Source: Candidatus Bathyarchaeia archaeon
Lineage (GTDB): Archaea > Thermoproteota > Bathyarchaeia > Bathyarchaeales > Bathycorpusculaceae
Length of the DNA: 64,000 bases
Direction of reading: 5' to 3'
Assembly: GCA_038882655.1 (NCBI GenBank)
Contig: JAVZNT010000002.1
Span: forward strand, 1-64,000
A program made the position numbers and the translations under genes. This document shows, piece by piece, positions 48,197-56,602 of this stretch. The first letter of the stretch is position 1. Every line of letters starts with the position of its first letter. The notes below the pieces were generated by a model. That model was not told where the DNA came from, made no database searches, and worked only from the letters and a program-made list of their open reading frames with translations.

Positions 48197-48574
48197 CTTT
48201 TCAACTTTAATGGTTGTTCCGCTCTTCACTTTACTGAAAAGCTCAAGATTTTTGGTAACTTTACCTAAAACGTTGACTGGGCTGTAGGGTTGAGATTCCC
48301 CGTAGAATATGCATAGGGCGCTTCCCATAGGCCAGAAGGCTATTGTACCCTTTTCTACGGTGGCTTTTGCTTTTTCCTCCCCCATTTTCACTGGAATTTC
48401 AAAGTAGACTTCTTCTTTCCATATGGCTGCCCTTCCCTCAAAGGGCAGTTTTCGGACGATCATGTCCACTGTTCTTGGGGCTAGGTGGCGGATAAGCTCT
48501 CCTTCGGCTTCACCCAAACCTTCAATGATGAATTTTATTTTTACCCGTGAGATTTCGTCCTCTTCACTTCCCAT
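48191..48574 (-). CDS. Cyclophilin-like fold protein (DUF369/TM1367-like)
   Basis: APRTV, LPF, EVYFEIPV, GTIAFWP.GSALCIFYG, SPVNVLG. Confidence 0.85.
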   Translation of the reverse strand: MGSEEDEISRVKIKFIIEGLGEAEGELIRHLAPRTVDMIVRKLPFEGRAAIWKEEVYFEIPVKMGEEKAKATVEKGTIAFWPMGSALCIFYGESQPYSPVNVLGKVTKNLELFSKVKSGTTIKVEKL

Positions 48575-49901
48575 GTTTATACACTTTCCCGAGAAAATCT
48601 TCTAAAATTTGTTCTAGAGACAATGGTCCCAGAACTTTGAGTTCGTATTTTACCCTCACCGTTGGCTTGTTAATTTCCATGACTCTTCGCAGGTCTACGG
48701 GTGTTCCGATAACCACAACGTCACATGGCGTTCTGGTAATTGTTTCATTAAGCTCCTCAATCTGTTTTTCTCCGTAACCTAGGGCGGGTAAAACTGCTCC
48801 AAGATGAGGATACCCTTCATAAGCCTCTTTTATTGAACCTACAGCGTAGGGTCTTGGGTCGGCTATTTCGCTGGCTCCAAGCTGCTTTGCCATGATTGTT
48901 GCTGCACCGTAGGGCATGTTTCCATGAGTCAATGTTGGTCCATCTTCAATTACAAGCGCACGCTTGCCCTTAATCAGTTCTGGCTTGTCAGCTGTTATTG
49001 GCGACGATGCCTCAAGTATAATAGCGTTCGGATTAACCTTCTTTATATTCTCCTTAACAAAATTAACGTTTTTAGGGTCTGCCGTGTCAACCTTGTTTAT
49101 TATCACAACATTTGCCAATCTAAGGTTTGCCTCTCCGGGGTGATACGTTATTTCATGCCCCGCCCTATGAGGGTCCGCCACAACTATGTGGAGATTTGGC
49201 TTGTAGAAGGGTATGTCATTGTTCCCTCCATCCCAAACGATGATATCTGCCTCTTCTTCTGCTTCCCTTAAAATCTCCGTATAGTCAACTCCAGCGTACA
49301 CGACTACTCCATTGTCTATATGAGGCTCGTATTCCTCTCTTTCCTCAATTGTGCACTCATATCGGTCAAGGTCCTCATATGAAGCAAAGCGTTGGCAAAT
49401 CTGCTTGCGCAGGTCACCATAGGGCATTGGATGTCTAACAACCACAACGTTTAAGCCCTTACCCTTCAAGATTTTAGCCACTTGCCGCGACGTCTGACTT
49501 TTTCCAGAACCAGTTCTCACAGCGCCCACGGAAATTACTGGAACCTTAGCCTTAAGCATCGTAGTCTTAGGTCCCATAAGTCTGAAGTCTGCGCCGCTTG
49601 CCAGCGCTATCGACGCCTTGTGCATGACGTATTCGTGGGAGACATCGCTGTAGGCGAAAACCACTTGGTCAACGTCAAAGTCCTTTATCAGCCTTGCAAG
49701 TTCCTCTTCGGGATAAATTGGTATACCATTCGGGTAATTTTTTCCAGCCAGTTCTGGCGGATATATTCTTCCCTCTATGCCTGGAATTTGGGTGGCTGTG
49801 AAAGCCACAACTTCATAAGCATCGTTATCTCTGAAATAGACGTTAAAATTGTGAAAGTCTCTCCCAGCTGCGCCCATTATAATAACTTTTGTCTTTGTCA
49901 T
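48564..49901 (-). CDS. COG2403 P-loop protein (cPGS-like); probable arginine synthetase ArcE
   Basis: MGAAGRDFHNFN, ATQIP, RTGSGKSQ, RHPMPYG, EEREEYEPH, WDGGNND, EDGPTLTHG. Confidence 0.75.
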   Translation of the reverse strand: MTKTKVIIMGAAGRDFHNFNVYFRDNDAYEVVAFTATQIPGIEGRIYPPELAGKNYPNGIPIYPEEELARLIKDFDVDQVVFAYSDVSHEYVMHKASIALASGADFRLMGPKTTMLKAKVPVISVGAVRTGSGKSQTSRQVAKILKGKGLNVVVVRHPMPYGDLRKQICQRFASYEDLDRYECTIEEREEYEPHIDNGVVVYAGVDYTEILREAEEEADIIVWDGGNNDIPFYKPNLHIVVADPHRAGHEITYHPGEANLRLANVVIINKVDTADPKNVNFVKENIKKVNPNAIILEASSPITADKPELIKGKRALVIEDGPTLTHGNMPYGAATIMAKQLGASEIADPRPYAVGSIKEAYEGYPHLGAVLPALGYGEKQIEELNETITRTPCDVVVIGTPVDLRRVMEINKPTVRVKYELKVLGPLSLEQILEDFLGKVYKHGK

Positions 49902-49980
49902 AAGGCGGGTGCCCCCGCAAAACCACCAAATTCGGTGAAGGCACTATACTACACGGCATAAATATAAAAACCTAGCTGTC

Positions 49981-51096
49981 TCAACCCCGCCTAACCAGAC
50001 AAGAAAAAGCCTCACCTATAAATTCTATTTGCTTTGCTGTGACACCCGGATGAACTGGCAAGGAAAGCACCTGCTCTGAGGCTTTCTCCGTTTCTGGAAG
50101 CTTCATTCTTCCAAATTTACGGTAGTAGGGCATTAGGTGGATGGGCCACGGATAGTAGACTTCTGCGCCTATGCCCTCTTTCCTTAACTTTTCAACAATG
50201 GTGTCTCGCTTTGCTCTGTCCGCGTCTTTAACTCTTACTGTGTAGAGGTACCAGCTGTTTCTGCAGCCTTTAGGCTCGCATGGCAGCTGAAGATTTTTAA
50301 CGCCACAAAGTTTTGCTGTGAGCCTCTCGGCGTTTTCCCTTCGCTTAGCTAGAAAATTGGGCAGTTTTTTAAGCTGTGTGATGCCTATTGCCGCTTCGAT
50401 TTCCGGCATGCGGTAATTGTGTCCTAAAAGGATGGACTTGTACTTTTCTTTCTCGCCGTGGCTTCTTATAAATCTCAAGGTTTCGGCAACTTCATCATCG
50501 TTTGTAGTTATCATGCCGCCTTCACCTGTTGTCATGTTTTTGCTTGCATAGAAACTCCAACATGCAATGTCCGCATAAGCGCCCACTGGTTTGCCCTTGT
50601 AAGTTGCGCCGTGGGCTTGGGCTGCATCCTCAATAACCTTCAACCCGTGTTTGTCGGCTATTTCCCTTAATGGTTTTAGGTCTGCTGGTGAACCATAGAG
50701 GTCTACAGCAATCACTGCCTTAGTCTTCTTTGTCAGTGACTTTTCAATGGCTTCTGGCGAGATGTTGTAGGTTTCCGGGTCTATGTCTACAAAAACTGGT
50801 TTCGCCCCAGCCATCACAACGGTTTCAGCTGTTGCCACAAAAGTGAAGCTTGGCAAAATCACCTCGTCGCCCCGTTTTATGCCAGCCCCAACAAGAGTCA
50901 TGTGCAAGGCTGCTGTTCCGCTGTTTACGGCTATGGCATGTTTTGCCTCAACAAATCTTGCAAACTCCTCTTCAAACTGTTTAACCATTGGTCCGGCACC
51001 AAGGGCATGAGTTAGGATGCCGCTTTTCAAAACCCTTATAACAGCCTCAACTTCTTCCTCGCTTATTTGCGGAGCGTTTATTGGAATCATCAACAA
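49981..51096 (-). CDS. DegT/DnrJ/EryC1/StrS nucleotide-sugar aminotransferase
   Basis: NSGTAAL, FTFVAT, EDAAQAHG, SFYASKNMTTGEGG, GHNYR. Confidence 0.93.
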   Translation of the reverse strand: MLMIPINAPQISEEEVEAVIRVLKSGILTHALGAGPMVKQFEEEFARFVEAKHAIAVNSGTAALHMTLVGAGIKRGDEVILPSFTFVATAETVVMAGAKPVFVDIDPETYNISPEAIEKSLTKKTKAVIAVDLYGSPADLKPLREIADKHGLKVIEDAAQAHGATYKGKPVGAYADIACWSFYASKNMTTGEGGMITTNDDEVAETLRFIRSHGEKEKYKSILLGHNYRMPEIEAAIGITQLKKLPNFLAKRRENAERLTAKLCGVKNLQLPCEPKGCRNSWYLYTVRVKDADRAKRDTIVEKLRKEGIGAEVYYPWPIHLMPYYRKFGRMKLPETEKASEQVLSLPVHPGVTAKQIEFIGEAFSCLVRRG

Positions 51097-51293
51097 GCCT
51101 CTGTTACCATCTAGTTCCTAAAAATATAAAAGTAATGCAGTTTTGGTAACGCATAAACAGCAAACGGAGTTTTCCATAATTAATCAGTGACTAACAAAGA
51201 CATAGATAATAATGAAGCTTTTATGTTTTTACTGGAGATTGGTGTGAAGTATTCTAAAGGTTACCTTTTTATTTAAGTTATTTTGAATATTTC

Positions 51294-53960
51294 TTGGAGA
51301 AGGGGGTCTTGTTAAAGTTAAAATTGAATCGATTGTTTGCTCTGATTCTAATCTGCTTATTCATTTTGCCTATGTCAACTGTAAGTGTTTTAGATGTCCC
51401 GAGGAATTTGTCTAACACTACAGAGGCTATTATTATTTCGGAAGGCCATTCTATTGGTGTTCCATTTTATTATCAGGTGAAAACCTACTATTGTGGCCCA
51501 GCTGCTTTGCAAATGGTTTTTGACTATTTTGGTGAGAATATTTCCCAGTTTGAGATTGCAGATGTTGCGCGCACAGTGCCTTACGTGACTTATACTGATG
51601 AACTTAGGAGAGCGGCTCATTTTAGCAACATGAGCACTTCTATGGGAAGCGAAATGCCAGAAAACATAACCGGATACACTGCCAGAAAGTTAGGATACGT
51701 TGCTTTTGAAATGTTCGGTATAACGCTGGATGAGTTAAAGGCCCTCATTGATTGGGATTTTCCCGTAATCTTGCTCATGAGGTGGGTTCCAGGGGAACCA
51801 TATGGCCACTATAGAGTTGCTGTGGGCTATAATGCGACGCATATTTTCTTGCATGACCCATGGAATAATGTCCTTTGGGGCGGAGACTACGGCGGTCCGA
51901 ACTTGCCTATGAATTACACCTTCTTTAACGAAATGTGGAACTATTCTGGTCGCTGGGGGTTATTTGTTTCTCCATGGAATGTTAAAATTGAAACGCCAAG
52001 CAACGTTTACGTTGGCCAAACCTTTACGGTTACGGTAACTGTTTCCTATGTTTGTCCTCCTCAAACTCCCATTTACATTTATGACACCTCTTCATGTAAC
52101 GCGACAATAACCTTGCCGGAAGGATTAGTCCTCGCTGATAGTGAATCATTAACTAAAAACTTGGGAGAAATTTACGCTGGCGGTAGGGCTCAAACTTCTT
52201 GGATGGTGAGGGCTGAGCGTCTAGGAAACTATTCGATATCAGTTGAGGCGGAAGGGAAAATTACTGGATTTGTTGGAGGGAAGGCTGATGTTGGCCCAAG
52301 CTACCAATATGAAGATAGGATTGGCGGATACGGCTCAAGCTTTGTAAATGCAGAAGTTGCCTCGCACATATACATCGACTCAATCAAGCCAACTGAAGGT
52401 ACTCCGGGAACAGAAGCCTTCATTTTCGGAGGGGGAGCTACTCCGAATGGAACAGTTGTTGCTCTTCTTAGTGGACCAGAAAACGTAACAGTTATAGTTA
52501 ACATGACTTTAGGATGGACGGTAGCAGACACCGACGGGTTCTGGTCCATACCCTTCATCGTGCCTGATGCGCCCCCAGGAGAATACAAAATTTTTGTTCT
52601 CGATAACTCCACCCAAACAGGCGATGAAACTAAATTTTACGTGCTGCCGCCAACTCCAACCCAAATAAAGATAGAGAGTATTAAACCAGTTGAAGGATAT
52701 CCCAATACTCTGGTTTTCATTGCCGGGCACGGAGCGACCCAAAAGGGCGAAGTGAAAATCTACTTTGACAATTTAAATGTTGCAAACATAATAGCATACG
52801 ACGATGGAGGTTGGTCAACAATCTTCACCGTTCCGAATGTTAGCCCTGGAAACTACACAATTTTAGCATTAGACGTTGCATCAAGCACCTCCGATACTGT
52901 GACGTTTAGAGTGCTGGAAATCATTCAACGAAACGTTGGAGTCAAAGAAGGCGACTGGGCAAAATATAACATAACCTATTATTACTCAACAAATGATCCC
53001 GCAGTGCCAATTTCTCCACCTCCCATCTTCGCTGATATAGATTATTTATTAATAAGAATCATTTCAGTTGTGGGAACCAACGTCACCTATGAGTCTGTTA
53101 TGCACTATAAGAATGGCACTGAACAGAGGAGCACTTCGTGGCTAGATATAACTACAGGCTTAACTTACTATGGAATTACGATGCCCTATGGACCAATTAT
53201 TGCGGCAAACCTTACAGTAGGCGATCAAGTGTATCTCAATGCTTACGCCCCAACAATAAATTCAACAACTATAGCGTTCTACGCAGGTTTGCAAAGGGAG
53301 GTCAATTCTCTCCTATTAAAACCCGAAATCACCATTCCAGGCTATTATTATAAAAATGTTGTGGATTTTGAAATCCACTGGGACAGGATAAGCGGCATAT
53401 TATGCGAACAAAGAGTGAACGCCAGCTACATAAACATTGAAAAAGGTTACGAGACCAGCATGTTTCTCCAAGTAGTTATAACAGAAACAAACATTTGGGC
53501 CAAACCAAGCATTATCAACGTGAAGGTAGGCTTCTGCCCGCACACGTTATGTTTGAAGAGTAGAGGCAGATGGGTAATTTGTATTGTTAGGCTTCCTGAG
53601 GGCTATACCGTGAAAGATGTTGATACGTCAACATTAATGCTAAACGGCACTATCAAGGGCGAAGTCATCAATAAAGCTGAAGGAAGTCGCTATTTAATAG
53701 TTAAATTTGACAGAAAGGCCATCATTGGACTCATTTCTAGGGAGATCGTTTGTGATAAGAAGTTTAGAGAAGCATCGCTAACAATAACTGGCGAATTCAA
53801 AGATGGAACAACATTTTCTGGTACAGCCAACATAAGAATAGTCATGCCGCCAAACAAACACGCCAAAGCTAAAGAATACATCACTTGCCCGCACTTCAAA
53901 AGATTGTACTTAATTTTCTACGGTGTTCCCAATTACTGCAAAATTGATAGCAAAGAATAA
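51294..53960 (+). CDS. Secreted/surface C39-like cysteine peptidase with Ig/IPT-like domains
   Basis: Signal peptide; Q..YYCGPAAL, GHYRVAVGY, HDPW triad; many NxS/T sequons. Confidence 0.8.
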   Translation: MEKGVLLKLKLNRLFALILICLFILPMSTVSVLDVPRNLSNTTEAIIISEGHSIGVPFYYQVKTYYCGPAALQMVFDYFGENISQFEIADVARTVPYVTYTDELRRAAHFSNMSTSMGSEMPENITGYTARKLGYVAFEMFGITLDELKALIDWDFPVILLMRWVPGEPYGHYRVAVGYNATHIFLHDPWNNVLWGGDYGGPNLPMNYTFFNEMWNYSGRWGLFVSPWNVKIETPSNVYVGQTFTVTVTVSYVCPPQTPIYIYDTSSCNATITLPEGLVLADSESLTKNLGEIYAGGRAQTSWMVRAERLGNYSISVEAEGKITGFVGGKADVGPSYQYEDRIGGYGSSFVNAEVASHIYIDSIKPTEGTPGTEAFIFGGGATPNGTVVALLSGPENVTVIVNMTLGWTVADTDGFWSIPFIVPDAPPGEYKIFVLDNSTQTGDETKFYVLPPTPTQIKIESIKPVEGYPNTLVFIAGHGATQKGEVKIYFDNLNVANIIAYDDGGWSTIFTVPNVSPGNYTILALDVASSTSDTVTFRVLEIIQRNVGVKEGDWAKYNITYYYSTNDPAVPISPPPIFADIDYLLIRIISVVGTNVTYESVMHYKNGTEQRSTSWLDITTGLTYYGITMPYGPIIAANLTVGDQVYLNAYAPTINSTTIAFYAGLQREVNSLLLKPEITIPGYYYKNVVDFEIHWDRISGILCEQRVNASYINIEKGYETSMFLQVVITETNIWAKPSIINVKVGFCPHTLCLKSRGRWVICIVRLPEGYTVKDVDTSTLMLNGTIKGEVINKAEGSRYLIVKFDRKAIIGLISREIVCDKKFREASLTITGEFKDGTTFSGTANIRIVMPPNKHAKAKEYITCPHFKRLYLIFYGVPNYCKIDSKE
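52365..52915 (+). repeat. Tandem duplicated IPT/TIG-like domain within the C39 protein
   Basis: IDSIKPTEG.PGT..GGATPNG..WSIPFIVPD.PPGEYKI versus IESIKPVEG.PNT..HGATQKG..WSTIFTVPNVSPGNYTI; boundaries approximate. Confidence 0.7.
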
Positions 53961-53980
53961 GCATTCAATGGCTTTAAGAG

Positions 53981-54613
53981 TTAATGATTGTTCATGTTTT
54001 TAATTCTGTTTATGAACTCCTCCCTCTCCTTTTCCACTTCTGCTATCCTCTGTTTTAGGAATTCGAGTTCTTCAGAGATTTCTTCAAGCCAGCCTTTTAT
54101 GGCTTTTCTGCTCTCTTCAGTTGTCATTTCTGCGAGGTATTGTGAAACGTCTTGTGGTTTGCGTCTTTCTAGGGTGGCTAGTGGATAGTTAATTTTTGGT
54201 GGTTTTAGGAAGGGAAAAAAGTGTCTTGTGGTTCTTGGTTCCATAAGCTTCCCGCTTAAAGCTGTAGCAACCACGTTTTCGGCTGTTATTGACGGGGTTG
54301 AGTTTCCGATGTATCGGTGTATGCGTCTTCTGCCAATGCGAACTTGTGGATTTTGGAAAATGTTAACTTGTAGAACTGGTATTTGCGTGTAGCCCAAGTT
54401 TTTTAGGGCAAGCCACCGGTGCATTCCGTCAAGTATGACATTTGTCTTTTCATCGGTAACTATTGGGTATTTTAGAACGCCATCCTTTAGAATCTCCTTT
54501 TTCAACATCTCCAAATATAGAGGAGAACCTTTCTCGTGGGGCTTTAAGACGTCAATTGGCAAAAGCTCGATTTTAAACTCTTTTATCTTTTCAGCTTGAG
54601 TTGTGGTTGTCAA
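53981..54613 (-). CDS. ParB/sulfiredoxin-fold protein, SerK/SbnI-like putative serine kinase
   Basis: LKPHE, YPIV, ILDGMHRW.AL..LG, RTTRH; no HTH; C-terminal coiled coil; 21 nt downstream of trpB2. Confidence 0.7.
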   Translation of the reverse strand: MTTTTQAEKIKEFKIELLPIDVLKPHEKGSPLYLEMLKKEILKDGVLKYPIVTDEKTNVILDGMHRWLALKNLGYTQIPVLQVNIFQNPQVRIGRRRIHRYIGNSTPSITAENVVATALSGKLMEPRTTRHFFPFLKPPKINYPLATLERRKPQDVSQYLAEMTTEESRKAIKGWLEEISEELEFLKQRIAEVEKEREEFINRIKNMNNH

Positions 54614-54634
54614 CTATCACCCGCTCTTTAAAGG

Positions 54635-55996
54635 TTATTTAACAATTGTTGGAACCTCGATTTTTTCCGGCTCGTAATCCACGAGTTTTCCGGCCAAGAA
54701 CTGTTCGTAGGCACCCAAATCCAATAGTCCGTGTCCACTGTAGTTCATGGCTATAACCTTTTTCTCACTCGTCTTTCGGCAACGCAGAGCCTCGTCTATT
54801 ACAAATTTTAGGCTGTGGGCAGTTTCTGGTGCTATTATCAAGCCCTCTGCTTGAGCTAGTATATGGGCTGCTTGGAAGACTTCTGTTTGGTGGTAGGCAA
54901 TTGAATGCATGTACCCTTTCTGGATTAGGTAGGATATTGAAGGCGCCATTCCATGGTACCTTAAGCCTCCGGCGTGGATTGGCGGACAAGCATAGCCGTG
55001 TCCTATTGTTAGCATTTTGAGCAGTGGCGTTAATTGGGCTGTGTCTCCAAAGTCGTATGTATAGACACCTTTTGTTGTGTGGGGAACAGCTTTAGACTCG
55101 CAAGCCACAAACTCCGTTTCAGCCTTGCCCTTAAGCTTATCCATCATGAACGGATAGCAGAAACCAGCATAATTAGAGCCTCCGCCTATGCACCCGCAGA
55201 CAACGTCTGGGTACTCTCCAATAATCTCAAACTGTTTTTTTGCTTCCAAGCCTATGATGGTCTGATGCAACAGCACATGGTTTAGAACCGAGCCTAAAGA
55301 ATACCTTGTATCCTCATGTGCAATTGTATCCTCAAGCGCCTCGCTTATGGCAATGCCCAAAGTTCCAGGATGATTTGGGTTCTCCTTCAAGAGTTTTCTG
55401 CCAAAGTTTGTCTGATCGCTTGGCGAAGGAAACATTTCAGCCCCATATAACTGTGCTATAGTTCTTCTGCCTGGCTTCTGCTGGTAGCTGACGCGGACCA
55501 TGTATATGCGGCACTTTAAACCGAAGATTGTGCATGCGAAAGCTAGAGCTGTGCCCCACTGTCCAGCACCAGTCTCTGTCACAAGTCTTTTTATGCCTTG
55601 TTCCTTGTTGTAGTATGCTTGGGCTATGGCAGTGTTCGTCTTGTGGCTTCCAGTAGGGCTGAAATTCTCGCATTTAAAGTAGATTTTCGCCGGTGTTTTG
55701 AGAAACCTTTCAAGCCTCCTAGCTCTATAAAGCGGCGTTGGACGGGGCAGTCGCAAATAGGCGTCTAAAACCTCCTCTGGAATTTTTATGAAACGTTCTG
55801 TGGAAACCTCCTGCCTAATCAGTTCTTTTGCAAATATTCTTTCCAAGAGTTTTGGGTCTATTGGCGTTAGGGTTGTAGGGTCTAATGGTGGCGGAAGCGG
55901 CTCTGGCAAATCTGCTTGAATGTTGTACCATGCTGTGGGTATTTCATCAGCGCTCAGCATCGTGAAGTACTCGCCTTTTTGAACTTTAAGGCTCAT
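54635..55996 (-). CDS. trpB2: Tryptophan synthase beta chain 2 (TrpB2)
   Basis: WYNIQADLP, RPTPLYRA, GSHKTNTA, TETGAGQWG, GGGSN, HAGGLRYHG, SGHGLLD. Confidence 0.96.
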   Translation of the reverse strand: MSLKVQKGEYFTMLSADEIPTAWYNIQADLPEPLPPPLDPTTLTPIDPKLLERIFAKELIRQEVSTERFIKIPEEVLDAYLRLPRPTPLYRARRLERFLKTPAKIYFKCENFSPTGSHKTNTAIAQAYYNKEQGIKRLVTETGAGQWGTALAFACTIFGLKCRIYMVRVSYQQKPGRRTIAQLYGAEMFPSPSDQTNFGRKLLKENPNHPGTLGIAISEALEDTIAHEDTRYSLGSVLNHVLLHQTIIGLEAKKQFEIIGEYPDVVCGCIGGGSNYAGFCYPFMMDKLKGKAETEFVACESKAVPHTTKGVYTYDFGDTAQLTPLLKMLTIGHGYACPPIHAGGLRYHGMAPSISYLIQKGYMHSIAYHQTEVFQAAHILAQAEGLIIAPETAHSLKFVIDEALRCRKTSEKKVIAMNYSGHGLLDLGAYEQFLAGKLVDYEPEKIEVPTIVK

Positions 55997-56009
55997 TTTA
56001 CATCTCCTC

Positions 56010-56082
56010 AGTACATTTTAGTACATGTGGGCATATAATAAAACAGTGAACATATTTATACTTTATTGCACAAAAAAGTACA
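56010..56082. promoter_or_regulatory. TRP-box array (TrpY-type operator) in the divergent trpB2/trpY promoter
   Basis: AGTACA-N4-AGTACA (56010-56025); TGAACA-N4-TATACT-N4-TGCACA-N4-AGTACA (56047-56082); TRP box consensus TGTACA. Confidence 0.8.
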
Positions 56083-56098
56083 TTAGGCAGACGGAAAC

Positions 56099-56602
56099 AT
56101 GTGGAACACGATAAAAAAGCATTTTGAAAATTATCCGGAACGCCTAAAAGTAGCCAGAATCCTCGTAGAAAATGGGTTGAGCGTGAAAAATGGAAAGATA
56201 TATCTTAATGAGATAGAGATTCCACCAACCCGCATAGCAAGAGTGGCGAGTGTAGATAGAAGAACAGTAAACGAGACAATAAACACTATAAGGGCAAACC
56301 GCGAGCTACGCCTAATATTCGAAGGTTTAAGGTCTGCTGGGCATTCCTTAAAGGAAATAGCAAAACACTTGGAGCTCGGTGTGGTGGAAATAACTCCGGT
56401 AGACGCCAGAATACCCGGCATATTAGCAAATTCAGCCATGATACTTGCAAAAAGTGGCTTGAGTATAAGGCAGGCTATTGTTGATGATCCGGAGCTTTCT
56501 CCAGAGCCGAAGCTGACACTTATTGTGGAGAAGAAAGTTCCAGGTGAGCTTATCCCAGAATTCTTAAAGGTTAAGGGCGTTGCCAAAGTCTCTGTCTACT
56601 AG
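56099..56602 (+). CDS. trpY: TrpY-like tryptophan-responsive repressor (HTH + ACT, COG2150)
   Basis: MW..I...F...P, IARVASVDRRTV HTH, PGILA, SIRQAIVDDPEL ACT; divergent from trpB2 across TRP boxes. Confidence 0.82.
   Translation: MWNTIKKHFENYPERLKVARILVENGLSVKNGKIYLNEIEIPPTRIARVASVDRRTVNETINTIRANRELRLIFEGLRSAGHSLKEIAKHLELGVVEITPVDARIPGILANSAMILAKSGLSIRQAIVDDPELSPEPKLTLIVEKKVPGELIPEFLKVKGVAKVSVY

Noticed and set aside
53981-54613. ParB as a partition gene or plasmid/provirus marker
   Set aside because: No parA, HTH, parS-like repeats or integrase; motifs and context favour a small-molecule kinase.
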